From: Candidatus Jordarchaeia archaeon
GTDB taxonomy: Archaea; Asgardarchaeota; Jordiarchaeia; Jordiarchaeales; Jordiarchaeaceae
Reading direction: 5' to 3'
Length of the DNA: 24,792 nucleotides
Assembly: GCA_029856435.1 (NCBI GenBank)
Contig: JAHQXB010000151.1
Coordinates: 1-24,792 of the forward strand
Below, piece after piece: positions 9,646 to 18,800 of this stretch (the first letter of the stretch is position 1; each line of letters starts with the position of its first letter). The notes under the pieces are model-generated. The model saw nothing but the letters and a program-made list of their open reading frames with translations. It had not been told where the DNA came from and did no database searches. The position numbers and the translations under genes are program-made.

Positions 9646-10779
9646 GTGATTAATTTCGCTTCTACTGGTTTAGGCAGCCACCCCATAGCTGATGCAAAGC
9701 AAATTGTACTTGACATAGTTAGCTCCGGGACAAGGATCCCATACTTCCCTCAAACAGTCGAGGATAATATGACATTTCAGTTTCACAACATAATTCCCGG
9801 ACTCGTTTTGGAGAAGGGGTCTGCCAGATTGAACCTTAATGATTTCCAAGTAATTAAGGGACTAGAAGATCTTCGAGGCGAGTTAGTGCTTAAAAAAATA
9901 AATATAAAGCCTGGCGGGTTGCCACTAGAAAAAAGGTATCTTAGAGGTTTATATGCCTTGGGAGAAGTCCTTCAAGAAACAGAGGCAGACATTTGGGGTG
10001 TTAAAGGAGAAATAACAGGCCCCCTAACAGAGGCATACAGTGTAGAGGTATTGCCTGGAAGAAAGAAGGTGATACTAGATGAGGAACTTTTTAAATTAGT
10101 TTTGGAGGTGACTGCAGAGGTTGCATATTGGCTATCCAAAGAATTGCAAAAGCTCTCAAGGAAATTCCTAGGTAAAGGGGGGGAAACTATATTGTTTCTC
10201 GATGAGCCACTGTTACCCCTGTGTCTTAAAGACAGTGCCGAGCCAGAGGCAAAAATAAGGGCCATAGAATCGGTTCTATGTAGGATTCAATGTAAAAAGG
10301 GTGTTCACATATGTGACAATCCGTTAACTGTTATAGATGATGTACTTAAATTAAACATAGATTACTTCTCATTTGACGCAAGAAGGTATCCTAATACTCT
10401 TGAAAAGACAGACAGTGAAACCTTAGAAAAATATTTGCGGAAAGGCAAAGGATTCGCTTTTGGTCTAACACCCAACACCCCTGAAGAACTTTTCGGAGAA
10501 AATAATATATACGATATACAAAGGGGGGTAAAAGATCCGTCTGATTTTATCCCTAAGGCAAGTGATATTACAAAGAGGATGGAGCATATAGTTTCTCAGC
10601 TGGAATCCCAGATTGATGTGGTATCCTTACTTCGTCATTCTCTCATTACCCCTCAGTGTGGATTTAGGAACTTCAACATCCCAAACCCCTCTGTGGGAGA
10701 ACAGATAGTAAAGAGACTTTTAGAAATTCAGGAGAAAGCGGCTGAGGAGGTGAGAGAAAAGTACAAAATTGGTTTTTAA
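9646..10779 (+). CDS. Short (core) cobalamin-independent methionine synthase-like protein
   Basis: STGLGSHP, PYFPQ, KGEITGPLT, FLDEP, GVHIC (HxC Zn ligands), ITPQCG. GTG start with AAGGAGG RBS. At 377 aa it has only the catalytic barrel. Confidence 0.85.
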   Translation: MINFASTGLGSHPIADAKQIVLDIVSSGTRIPYFPQTVEDNMTFQFHNIIPGLVLEKGSARLNLNDFQVIKGLEDLRGELVLKKINIKPGGLPLEKRYLRGLYALGEVLQETEADIWGVKGEITGPLTEAYSVEVLPGRKKVILDEELFKLVLEVTAEVAYWLSKELQKLSRKFLGKGGETILFLDEPLLPLCLKDSAEPEAKIRAIESVLCRIQCKKGVHICDNPLTVIDDVLKLNIDYFSFDARRYPNTLEKTDSETLEKYLRKGKGFAFGLTPNTPEELFGENNIYDIQRGVKDPSDFIPKASDITKRMEHIVSQLESQIDVVSLLRHSLITPQCGFRNFNIPNPSVGEQIVKRLLEIQEKAAEEVREKYKIGF

Positions 10780-10786
10780 ACCGTTT

Positions 10787-11629
10787 CTAACCCTTCTCTT
10801 TTTCTCGCTTGAATGCACCTACCAAGTCGCGAAGATGAGCTACCATCTCTTCTTTCAATGGTTCAACAGATGAATAACCAATTTCGGGGCTTTCCTTTAG
10901 GAACTCCACAGCCTGAACAACCCCATTTTCTACTAGCACTCTGGGAATAAAATCTTCAGCCAAAAATATACCCTCTGGGGGATTAACACGCTCCAATCTC
11001 CTTTCAATGCTTTCCTTTCCGAAAATGATTGTTTTACTTTCTTTAACTGCATATAATGAGTGCCCAGAAATAACCAATTCTCTGACAAACCCCTGCGGCA
11101 CTTCAATTTTATCCAGCCTAGTCATAATTTCATCTTCACTCAAAATATTTGGCTCCGGCTGAGCCGCAGCAACCTTGGGCTGAGCTACAGTAACCTTGGG
11201 GCGGGAAGTCTTAACAACCACTTTGGGCTCGGGTTCTTGTGTTGGTTCTACGGTTATTAAGGCTGGTTCCGGTTCTGGTGTTGGAGGTGTTACTGGTAGT
11301 GGTTCCCTTTCAACGGATGTTGAAATTGGTTTTGGTACTTTGCTGGGCTTCATTCCTATTAAGGCTAGGAAGTCTGCTTCTTCGTCAGACTCATCCATAG
11401 CTACTACTTTGTAGCCGAATCCATATTCTGTTCTGAGGGCTGCAGCCTTACGTGCGCCCACAAATTTTTTTCTTACGGGGCTGTTTTTTCCCTTCCAGAG
11501 ATAAATTTTTTTATTATTTTCAGCGATAACTATAAGTACTCTATCACTTGATAGGATGCTCTTGTCGAGTTGGTCTATATTATCTATTTCTCCGTCTCCC
11601 TTAACATCATAGACTAGGAGGCTCATCAT
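10787..11629 (-). CDS. Gelsolin-domain protein (one gelsolin repeat, Pro-rich linker, unknown C-terminal domain)
   Basis: LSSDRVLIVIAENNKKIYLWKGKNS..KKFVGARKAAAL..KVVAMDESDEEADF matches the gelsolin repeat consensus. Start likely ATG 11629 or 11626 (ORF track 11659). Confidence 0.85.
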   Translation of the reverse strand: MMSLLVYDVKGDGEIDNIDQLDKSILSSDRVLIVIAENNKKIYLWKGKNSPVRKKFVGARKAAALRTEYGFGYKVVAMDESDEEADFLALIGMKPSKVPKPISTSVEREPLPVTPPTPEPEPALITVEPTQEPEPKVVVKTSRPKVTVAQPKVAAAQPEPNILSEDEIMTRLDKIEVPQGFVRELVISGHSLYAVKESKTIIFGKESIERRLERVNPPEGIFLAEDFIPRVLVENGVVQAVEFLKESPEIGYSSVEPLKEEMVAHLRDLVGAFKREKEKG

Positions 11630-11838
11630 AATCACTTTCTCGCATTTTTCTATATCCATAATTGGATTTTATAAGTATAAAACATTTTCCTTGTAATTTT
11701 AAATTACCCCCGATGTTTTTTTGTCTTTCGGGCTAAGTTAAATCCATTATTCCACCTAATTCTTTTTTAGGGGCTATTCTCAGAATTGGGTAACTCTTTG
11801 TTTTTAGGACTTGTTTTTTAAATTGCAGGTATACAGTT

Positions 11839-11945
11839 GGTGATGTAGAATCGTTCGGTTTCGCCTCAAAAAGGGGTGTTTATAGGGCTTCTTTCACGAT
11901 TTGGAGCCTTATTAGGGAGATGAAGCCGAATAAATCTGCATCACC
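11839..11945. mobile_element. MITE copy 1 (107 bp)
   Basis: TIRs 11839-11858 and 11926-11945 (16/20 identical, GGTGATG..CATCACC). 9-bp TSD tatacagtt at 11830-11838 and 11946-11954. 106/107 identical to copy 2. Confidence 0.95.
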
Positions 11946-12058
11946 TATACAGTTTTGGGATATGTTTAATTTATTTCTCTGTTTATTGATAATTGTAATT
12001 TGTATTTTTTAGTGGATTATAGTATTTGTTTTCTCGGCGGAAAATAAGGCGATTGGTG

Positions 12059-12577
12059 ATGCCCACAAAAAGCGTTGAATATTTAGACAGACTGCCCGAA
12101 ATTCTAGGCTCGATTAGCAAAATAATTAGTGATTTGACCGAAGCTTTTAGTGTAATATTGGGTGAGATTAATAATCGGCTTAAAGATATAGAGACTAAAT
12201 ACTTGGAGCTTGAGGCGCATGTGAAAAAAGAAGATTCAAACTTGAAAGGTAACCTTAAAAAATTAAAAGAGGAACAGGAGAATCTAAATAACAAATTGGA
12301 ACAGAGCGCAGCGAGTTTCCAAGTATCAATTAGAAACCTTACTGATACCCAGGTAAGCATTCAATCAAATCTAAACTCTCTTGAATCGTCCATTCAACAA
12401 ATGGATCGAAAATATGAGGATATAAATAGACTGATGGAAAAGCGCTTAATGGAAATTACGGAGAATATTTCAAATGTTATACACCCTGTTGAGAACTGGA
12501 ATAAGGAGATGAACATCATTAAAGTTGAAGTAGCTAGGCTGTCTCGCGAAATAGAAAAAAGATTATCCGGTGAGTAA
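12059..12577 (+). CDS. Coiled-coil hypothetical protein
   Basis: Heptad-like L/I periodicity over most of about 172 aa and no TM segment. Start ATG 12059 (ORF track TTG 12026). Stop lies 3 nt before the next ATG. Confidence 0.85.
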   Translation: MPTKSVEYLDRLPEILGSISKIISDLTEAFSVILGEINNRLKDIETKYLELEAHVKKEDSNLKGNLKKLKEEQENLNNKLEQSAASFQVSIRNLTDTQVSIQSNLNSLESSIQQMDRKYEDINRLMEKRLMEITENISNVIHPVENWNKEMNIIKVEVARLSREIEKRLSGE

Positions 12578-12580
12578 CAA

Positions 12581-14056
12581 ATGCTTGAGTTTGAAGATGT
12601 AGAATCAAAAAAAATTTTTCGTTTCTACATTGTGGATGCCCATCACCACTTGGGTGCAGATATTGATGGTCACAGTAATAGGAATCCAGTTGCACCAGGA
12701 GGGACCTTCGACTTCTATGTTAAAGTGGGAAAGAAACTCTCAAAGTTATTTTCCGATAAACCCCAAATTTTCAGATACAGCCCACATGGCTTTTTAAATG
12801 AATTTATTAGAAGTAATAAGAAATGGAAGGACACTCTAAATGGGTCTTGGGCTGTAGACCAAACTGTCGTGTTCCCTTTTAACGACGAATTCAAATGGAG
12901 GGAGGGAGACGAGGGCAAGGCGCTTTACTGGCGTTCCAACGACAACATTGGAAGGTGGGTGGCTCGCGCCCCTTACTCTCTAAGATTAATTGGCTTTGGG
13001 AGAGTGGTTCCCACCCAGGGAGAACTAGCTATAAATGAACTATACAGAGCAGTAAAACAATTGGGGTTGAGAGGGTTAAAACTACACCCCAGATCCGATG
13101 GTTGGAGTGGCGATATTACCTCCTCAGAAGTGAAAAACGTTCTTGTTGAGGCAGCAAAACTTAACATTCCAGTCCTCTTTGACACGCGAGGATTTGGTCA
13201 AGTGATGGATATACTCGAAGTAACAAAAATGGCTAGAAGAGAACTCCAATCCCAAAATAAAGCCTTAGTGGAAAACCTCAAGGTAATTATAGCCCACATT
13301 GGATTCCACCTGGGGCAAAATGAACTATTCGATGTGTTAAGTCATCCCAACATTTATGGTGATACCTCTGGAGTTCATGACGCTGGAATTCCAAGATTAT
13401 TCGAGGAGGCTGTACAATTATTACAGCCAAACCTTGGAAAGTATAGAAACTGGTCGGAAAAAATACTTTTTGGGACAGATTACAACTATTTTGACGTACC
13501 ACATGCGGTGCAGTTTATCTCCTTTGTGCTAGGTATGGATTTTCCGGGCACTCCCGAGGATGCCCAACGCATTCTCGGTTCTAACCTTTTGAAACTGGTT
13601 CCCCCCTTTAAGAGGGAAACGAAGGCATCCTTCAGGAAAGTACATGTCCCCCAGGAATTGGCTGAATTAACCGAAAAAACTTTAGCGAAACAAATTGCCG
13701 ATTTGGTAAGTAGTGAAATATACGAGCTTTCAAGCATTGATTTCTTTATAGATCCGCATCCTAAATTTCAAGTTAGACCCCAAGACTTCAAGATAACCAT
13801 TTCCCGAAAAGAAAATGAGAATTGTGAAGACATAAATCTTATAGTACTCTCTATGCTTGATATATTAACTATAGCAAGATTAGACAACACACTGATGAAC
13901 TCGTCACCCATACAGAACAGAATACTTAGATATGATGATGCTGCCTCCCGCAGAATCTTTTACAAAAAGCTATGGCCGAGCCGCCTTGAAAACAACCCCC
14001 AAGAAATGTACGGCTTTATAAAATCGATTATTGAAACTGAGAGTTCAAAACAATAA
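12581..14056 (+). CDS. Amidohydrolase (Amidohydro_2-type TIM barrel) with ~150-aa C-terminal extension
   Basis: IVDAHHHLG, GLRGLKLHP, IIAHIG, IYGDTS, KILFGTDY. GGTGA RBS. Confidence 0.9.
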   Translation: MLEFEDVESKKIFRFYIVDAHHHLGADIDGHSNRNPVAPGGTFDFYVKVGKKLSKLFSDKPQIFRYSPHGFLNEFIRSNKKWKDTLNGSWAVDQTVVFPFNDEFKWREGDEGKALYWRSNDNIGRWVARAPYSLRLIGFGRVVPTQGELAINELYRAVKQLGLRGLKLHPRSDGWSGDITSSEVKNVLVEAAKLNIPVLFDTRGFGQVMDILEVTKMARRELQSQNKALVENLKVIIAHIGFHLGQNELFDVLSHPNIYGDTSGVHDAGIPRLFEEAVQLLQPNLGKYRNWSEKILFGTDYNYFDVPHAVQFISFVLGMDFPGTPEDAQRILGSNLLKLVPPFKRETKASFRKVHVPQELAELTEKTLAKQIADLVSSEIYELSSIDFFIDPHPKFQVRPQDFKITISRKENENCEDINLIVLSMLDILTIARLDNTLMNSSPIQNRILRYDDAASRRIFYKKLWPSRLENNPQEMYGFIKSIIETESSKQ

Positions 14057-14201
14057 ATTGCAAAAAATAAGTAAAAATCCCCATTAATAAATTTAATTTT
14101 ATCGACACCACAAAAGAATTTAAGCTTTGAATTGAACCTTATCATAGGAAAAACCCGAAATTAAAGGGGGTCCCCTCAAAAAATAGGGAGGAAAGCAAAA
14201 A

Positions 14202-15698
14202 ATGTCTGAAAAAAATGAAGAATCGGAAAATTTGGAAGAACCTAAAGAGAATGAAATCAAAAAGTTGGAAAAACTTCCAAAGAAGCAAGACACTTCAGGA
14301 GAACCTGCTGAAAAGTCCATAGAAAAAATCGTGGAGAAAATAGCGACACCAGCTGAAGGGGCGGAAAAGTTCATCGAAAAGAAAGAAAAAATAGCGGAAG
14401 AACCAAAGGAAGCGCCGGAAGCCCCAGGAATAAAGCTAAAAATCACAACTCAAGAAGGGTTAGCAGGATATGTTCTGATAAATGAAGGCGACGCTCAAAA
14501 ACTTAATGCAATGGAAGGGTCAGTCATAGAATTTGAAGATCCCCTTTCTGGAACTTGGGGTGTAGCTCTGACTCGTCCCAACTTTGACACTCCCGCTGGC
14601 GACATTGTAATGGAGCCTTCTCTCTGTGAAGCCGTGGGGCTGGATGAAGACTTTGAAGTAACAGTGAGAAAATTTACTGGTAAACCCCAAAAAATTTACA
14701 AAATTGTCTTTGGAATCGAGTCGCTTAGCGGCTCCTCAGAAGACGCCATACAGGCAGTTGTGGAATCTAAAGAAAAATTCCAAGAGTTTATGGACCACCG
14801 GGTAATTTTCAAAGACTGGGTTTTGAAGTGGCCCCAAAAAGAGATAAACATTCACATTTCTTCAACCGAACCGAGTTTGTCTGGGAAGCAAATAGGAGTG
14901 ATTAATTTCTCGGAGCTCAAAGATTATGAAATAAAACCTTGGAGAGCCGCGGTGCCATTTAACGCCATACTCCTAATTGACGTATCAAAAAGTATGCTAA
15001 CTGAAGATATGACGGTTAAAAACATCACTCCCGCGGTAGAAGCTATAAAGACACTAGGAGCCGAAATACCGGAGCTAAAAGAGTTTCTGGAACAATTTAA
15101 AGAGGGAGAAAAGGTAAAACGGGTGAGCGGGGCGGTCTTTGCAGCACTGCTCTACTTGGTGGAGAAGGTCGGAAGGGGATACGGCGAAAAAATCGCGGTA
15201 ATCACATATAGCGAAACAGCAGATCCACTAACTTTCCTCATGACCGGAGGGAAAAAGTTACCTTACTTCCATCCCGGTAGAAGTAGAATGTCCGGGGTTT
15301 CACAACTGGGACGCCTAATCATAGACAGATTAAACAAAGTTTCTGGCAGCCACACCAACATGTCTGAGGCCTTAGTTGAAGCGCATAAAATGATTAGCAT
15401 GTGGGAAAAAGAAACCCCCCAAGAGAAAAGGCCCTCCATGATAGTGCTTCTAAGCGACGGGTTCCCTGATCACTGGGAGGAGGGGCCCCCTGTTGAGATT
15501 GCGCACAAGTACTATTCAGACAGAAAAGACACGGTGATTTTTACCGTGGGAATAGGCAGCGAAGTCCAAGAAAAAATAATGGAAGCCATTGCCAATGCTG
15601 GTAGAGGAATATTTTTCAAAGCAGAAGACCTTGGACAGTTGTTGAACTGGTATCAGAAGCTTGCGCGAGACCTGATTGTCAGGTTGGAGGTAGCTTAA
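14202..15698 (+). CDS. Acidic N-tail + Cdc48/NSF N-domain-like region + VWA domain protein
   Basis: MIDAS motifs LLIDVSKSM, HTNMSEAL, LLSDGFP, then IFTVGIG. Residues ~78-245 resemble the Cdc48 N-domain (VLINEGDAQKLNAMEGSVIEF..GDIVMEPSLCEAVGLDEDFEVTV). No Walker A/B motif. Confidence 0.85.
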   Translation: MSEKNEESENLEEPKENEIKKLEKLPKKQDTSGEPAEKSIEKIVEKIATPAEGAEKFIEKKEKIAEEPKEAPEAPGIKLKITTQEGLAGYVLINEGDAQKLNAMEGSVIEFEDPLSGTWGVALTRPNFDTPAGDIVMEPSLCEAVGLDEDFEVTVRKFTGKPQKIYKIVFGIESLSGSSEDAIQAVVESKEKFQEFMDHRVIFKDWVLKWPQKEINIHISSTEPSLSGKQIGVINFSELKDYEIKPWRAAVPFNAILLIDVSKSMLTEDMTVKNITPAVEAIKTLGAEIPELKEFLEQFKEGEKVKRVSGAVFAALLYLVEKVGRGYGEKIAVITYSETADPLTFLMTGGKKLPYFHPGRSRMSGVSQLGRLIIDRLNKVSGSHTNMSEALVEAHKMISMWEKETPQEKRPSMIVLLSDGFPDHWEEGPPVEIAHKYYSDRKDTVIFTVGIGSEVQEKIMEAIANAGRGIFFKAEDLGQLLNWYQKLARDLIVRLEVA

Positions 15699-15717
15699 CT
15701 TTCCCTTTTTTTATTTC

Positions 15718-15824
15718 GGTGATGTAGAATCGTTCGGTTTCGCCTCAAAAAGGGGTGTTTATAGGGCTTCTTTCACGATTTGGAGCCTTATTAGGGAGAT
15801 GGAGCCGAATAAATCTGCATCACC
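15718..15824. mobile_element. MITE copy 2 (107 bp), same orientation as copy 1
   Basis: Same TIRs as copy 1. 9-bp TSD ttttatttc at 15709-15717 and 15825-15833. One substitution relative to copy 1 (gatggag versus gatgaag). Confidence 0.95.
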
Positions 15825-15873
15825 TTTTATTTCAAACAAAAATAATTTAAAGAGGGTGACCTAGGTTTCAGTT

Positions 15874-18800
15874 TTAAGTTTCAGGGACTATCGTTACTTC
15901 TACTAGCGAGTTTAATACCAGTTTGTTTGGTACTTCTTTGGGTTCGTCTGGTTTTTCTAGGTCGAAAATCATTGTCCCTAGATAGTAAGTTTTGAGTTCT
16001 TTGGGTCTTTGGATCTCCCAAATTATGGGTTGGTCTAGGGGTCTTATGGGTTTTCCTTTTGACAGGATGATGGTTTTCTTTTCCTGTGCAACTACCTCTT
16101 TTGTCTTTTTGTCGAAAATTGCGAATACTATTCTGGCGTTAACATCATAGTCAATAAAGCTTTGAACTATTGGAGTTATGCTAAACTCCATTTTTTCGCC
16201 TTGGAACATTACGTACTCAGCCAGTGGAGGTTTACTACTGTAACCAACTCTGAACCTTGGCTTGTCTGAGTAGACTCTTATTTTCTTCCTGTTCACCCAA
16301 CCCACTATGCCATTCTGGCTTAGTTGAAGGTTTATGGTACACTCATTATCTGCAATGTAGGTGGGTATTTTGACGCCTACTTGAGCTAATAGTGTCTCGT
16401 TGGGTTTAAGGTGTATTGGTATGTCTTCTCTGAAGATTTTCTTTCCTTCTATTTCTCCTTCGCAGTTCAGGTCGAAGCTGATTTTGTCATCGATTCTATT
16501 TACTATTTGTACCATAAGATTATGTATTGAGCCGGGGGCCAACTGTTCTGGCAGATTCTGGAAAACCACTTCCACCGCCCTCCCTATATTTATAACTGGG
16601 ACTTCGCGGGTGGATTCTAAGACGGTTTTTCCATTTTTGATGAGGGTGGCCCTTAAACAGAAGTGTTCAGTGCCTTGAGGTACAGTCAGAGGATCTATCT
16701 CAATAAGGGTTTCTGACTGGGCATCGTCTATACTTCTTGTGGTAATCATGTGGGGTTGATCGTTAATTAGGGCTTCGACACTAAGAATTAAAGGTTTTTC
16801 GCTTTCTTTGATTTTTCCAATTTTAAGTTTTCCACCAACGGGCATATTAATAAAGGCTTTTTCGGGTACATTTAACCATTCTATTTCTATGGGAGGTCCT
16901 TTCACCAGTTTAAACTTGTGGGGGAGCTCTTCATACTCAAGTAGGCTTCCCCCTTGATAAAGTTCTATGCTTACCTTCATTATGTCACTACGGAGATTCT
17001 TTAACGCGTCCTCTGTGGCTTTCCAACTTGTAGTTATTATCGCCTTCTTTGTGGGACTTATTGTTTCTTCTTTAAGTACCATCTCAAAATCTTTTCTGGT
17101 TGTAGATTTTAGTTTGGCAACCACGTTAACTGGTTCTGTTGATGACATTTTGGTGGCGTCCACAGAAAAGCTGATTTCAATTGGTTCACCTATCTGATAG
17201 ATTTTGTTCGGCTCCTTCTTTACTTCGAGGGAAATTTCTGGCGTCTGGAAGAAAACCCTAAATGCGGGAGACCTGCTTTCAGAAATAATCTTTCCATTCT
17301 GGTCTATGACCTGAGCTACGATGGAACACTGAGGACTGAGAAAAGACGACTTGGCCATATGGGTATGGAGAACTAGTGGTGGAATCTCGTTCCAACTGCC
17401 CTCCTGCTGGGCTTCTAACGCGTCTTTGGCCCACTGGAGTTTAGCCATCTCTTCAGACATGGCAACGAAGAGCTCTTGCTCTTTGGCACGCATATTCCGT
17501 AGCTTTGCTCCCCAGGGCTGGCCTTCGCTACTAATTGAGTAAAGTGTTTGTCCCCGATCAATGTCCACAATTGAAACCTTCAAAGTTAAATTCATGTCTA
17601 GAGGTGTAGCGTTCTCTACAAAGACTGCATAAGGCACTTCTGTTGCCCCAGTAACTATCACTCCATCGACTTGAGCGATAAGGTTGCTCTTGCAAGTAAC
17701 ATGGTAAGCCTGTATTGAGGTTCTCTCAATGGCTATTGTTTCAGTTCCAACTTTTAATTCACTCTTCAGAATGTATTGGGGCACGCCCATTATTGTTTCG
17801 AATTCGATTTCTCCCACTCTTTTCTCCGCAGGCTCCAGTCTATCCACTACAAAGGTTTCCCTCAGTCTCTCTTCGCCTAAACTGTCATAGACTAGATTCT
17901 CAATTGATATATTCTCCAATGGCTTCTTGCCCTTGTTCTCTAAGAATAACCTACAGGTTACGGGTTGGCCCTCGAAAACAACTTCGGGTTTTATTTGAAT
18001 CTCCATGCTGGCGGTCACGGGGAATATTTCTTGTAAGTTAGGTGTGCCATGGATAGGGTCACTCCAAACATCGGCGCAGCTCTGATCAGCTATGATTTGT
18101 AACTCTCGAGAGAGGCGTTCCATATTTCCCTTGAGTTCCAAGAATTTTAAGAGTTGGTAATCAGCGGTTGTGAGTGGTGTGGGGAAGCTACCTGACAGGT
18201 CCCCGTAAAGTGTTAGCATAATTGGTTTAAGATATTCTGAACGCAGTATTCCCATTTCCTCTAGTTCATCCTTAATGTAGAGTATCATGTTTTTTACTGC
18301 TTCATGCATCCTTTTGAGGAACTCTGTCCCCTCTTCTGGGTTCTCATAATAGTAGAATTTTGAAAACTCCGGATAACTTTTTAGGAAACTATCCACCTCT
18401 TTTTGTTTAAAGAAGGGGCCCATAAGCCCCCATCTAATTGCTGATCTGCGATTTTTTACCAAAGTTTCGGAATCTACATTAGGAATCTTTTCCCCTTTTT
18501 CAAAAATCTTCTTGGCTTTCAGAGCCAAAGCTTGAATCAGGGCTGCTAAGGCTATTCTCCTAATCAAGCTTATTTGAGAGTCGAAAACCCGTACCTCTAC
18601 TGTGCCAAAGGAGGTGAAGGGAAACATATCACACATTCTGGCGGGTATACGGCCCACAACGCCTTCAAATTTCTTTTCATCATAACTTTCAACATAAGGT
18701 ATATAGTGCTGTGCATCGTCTGGTCCCAACTGTTTAATGTTCCTTTCTAACCTTATGCTCCTCACACATCCCGGGGCCTGCAGCTTGCCGTCCTTTATCT

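Noticed and set aside
11839-15824. Composite transposon made of the two MITEs carrying three genes
   Set aside because: Each copy has its own complete TSD and the outer flanks (tatacagtt versus ttttatttc) differ, indicating independent insertions.
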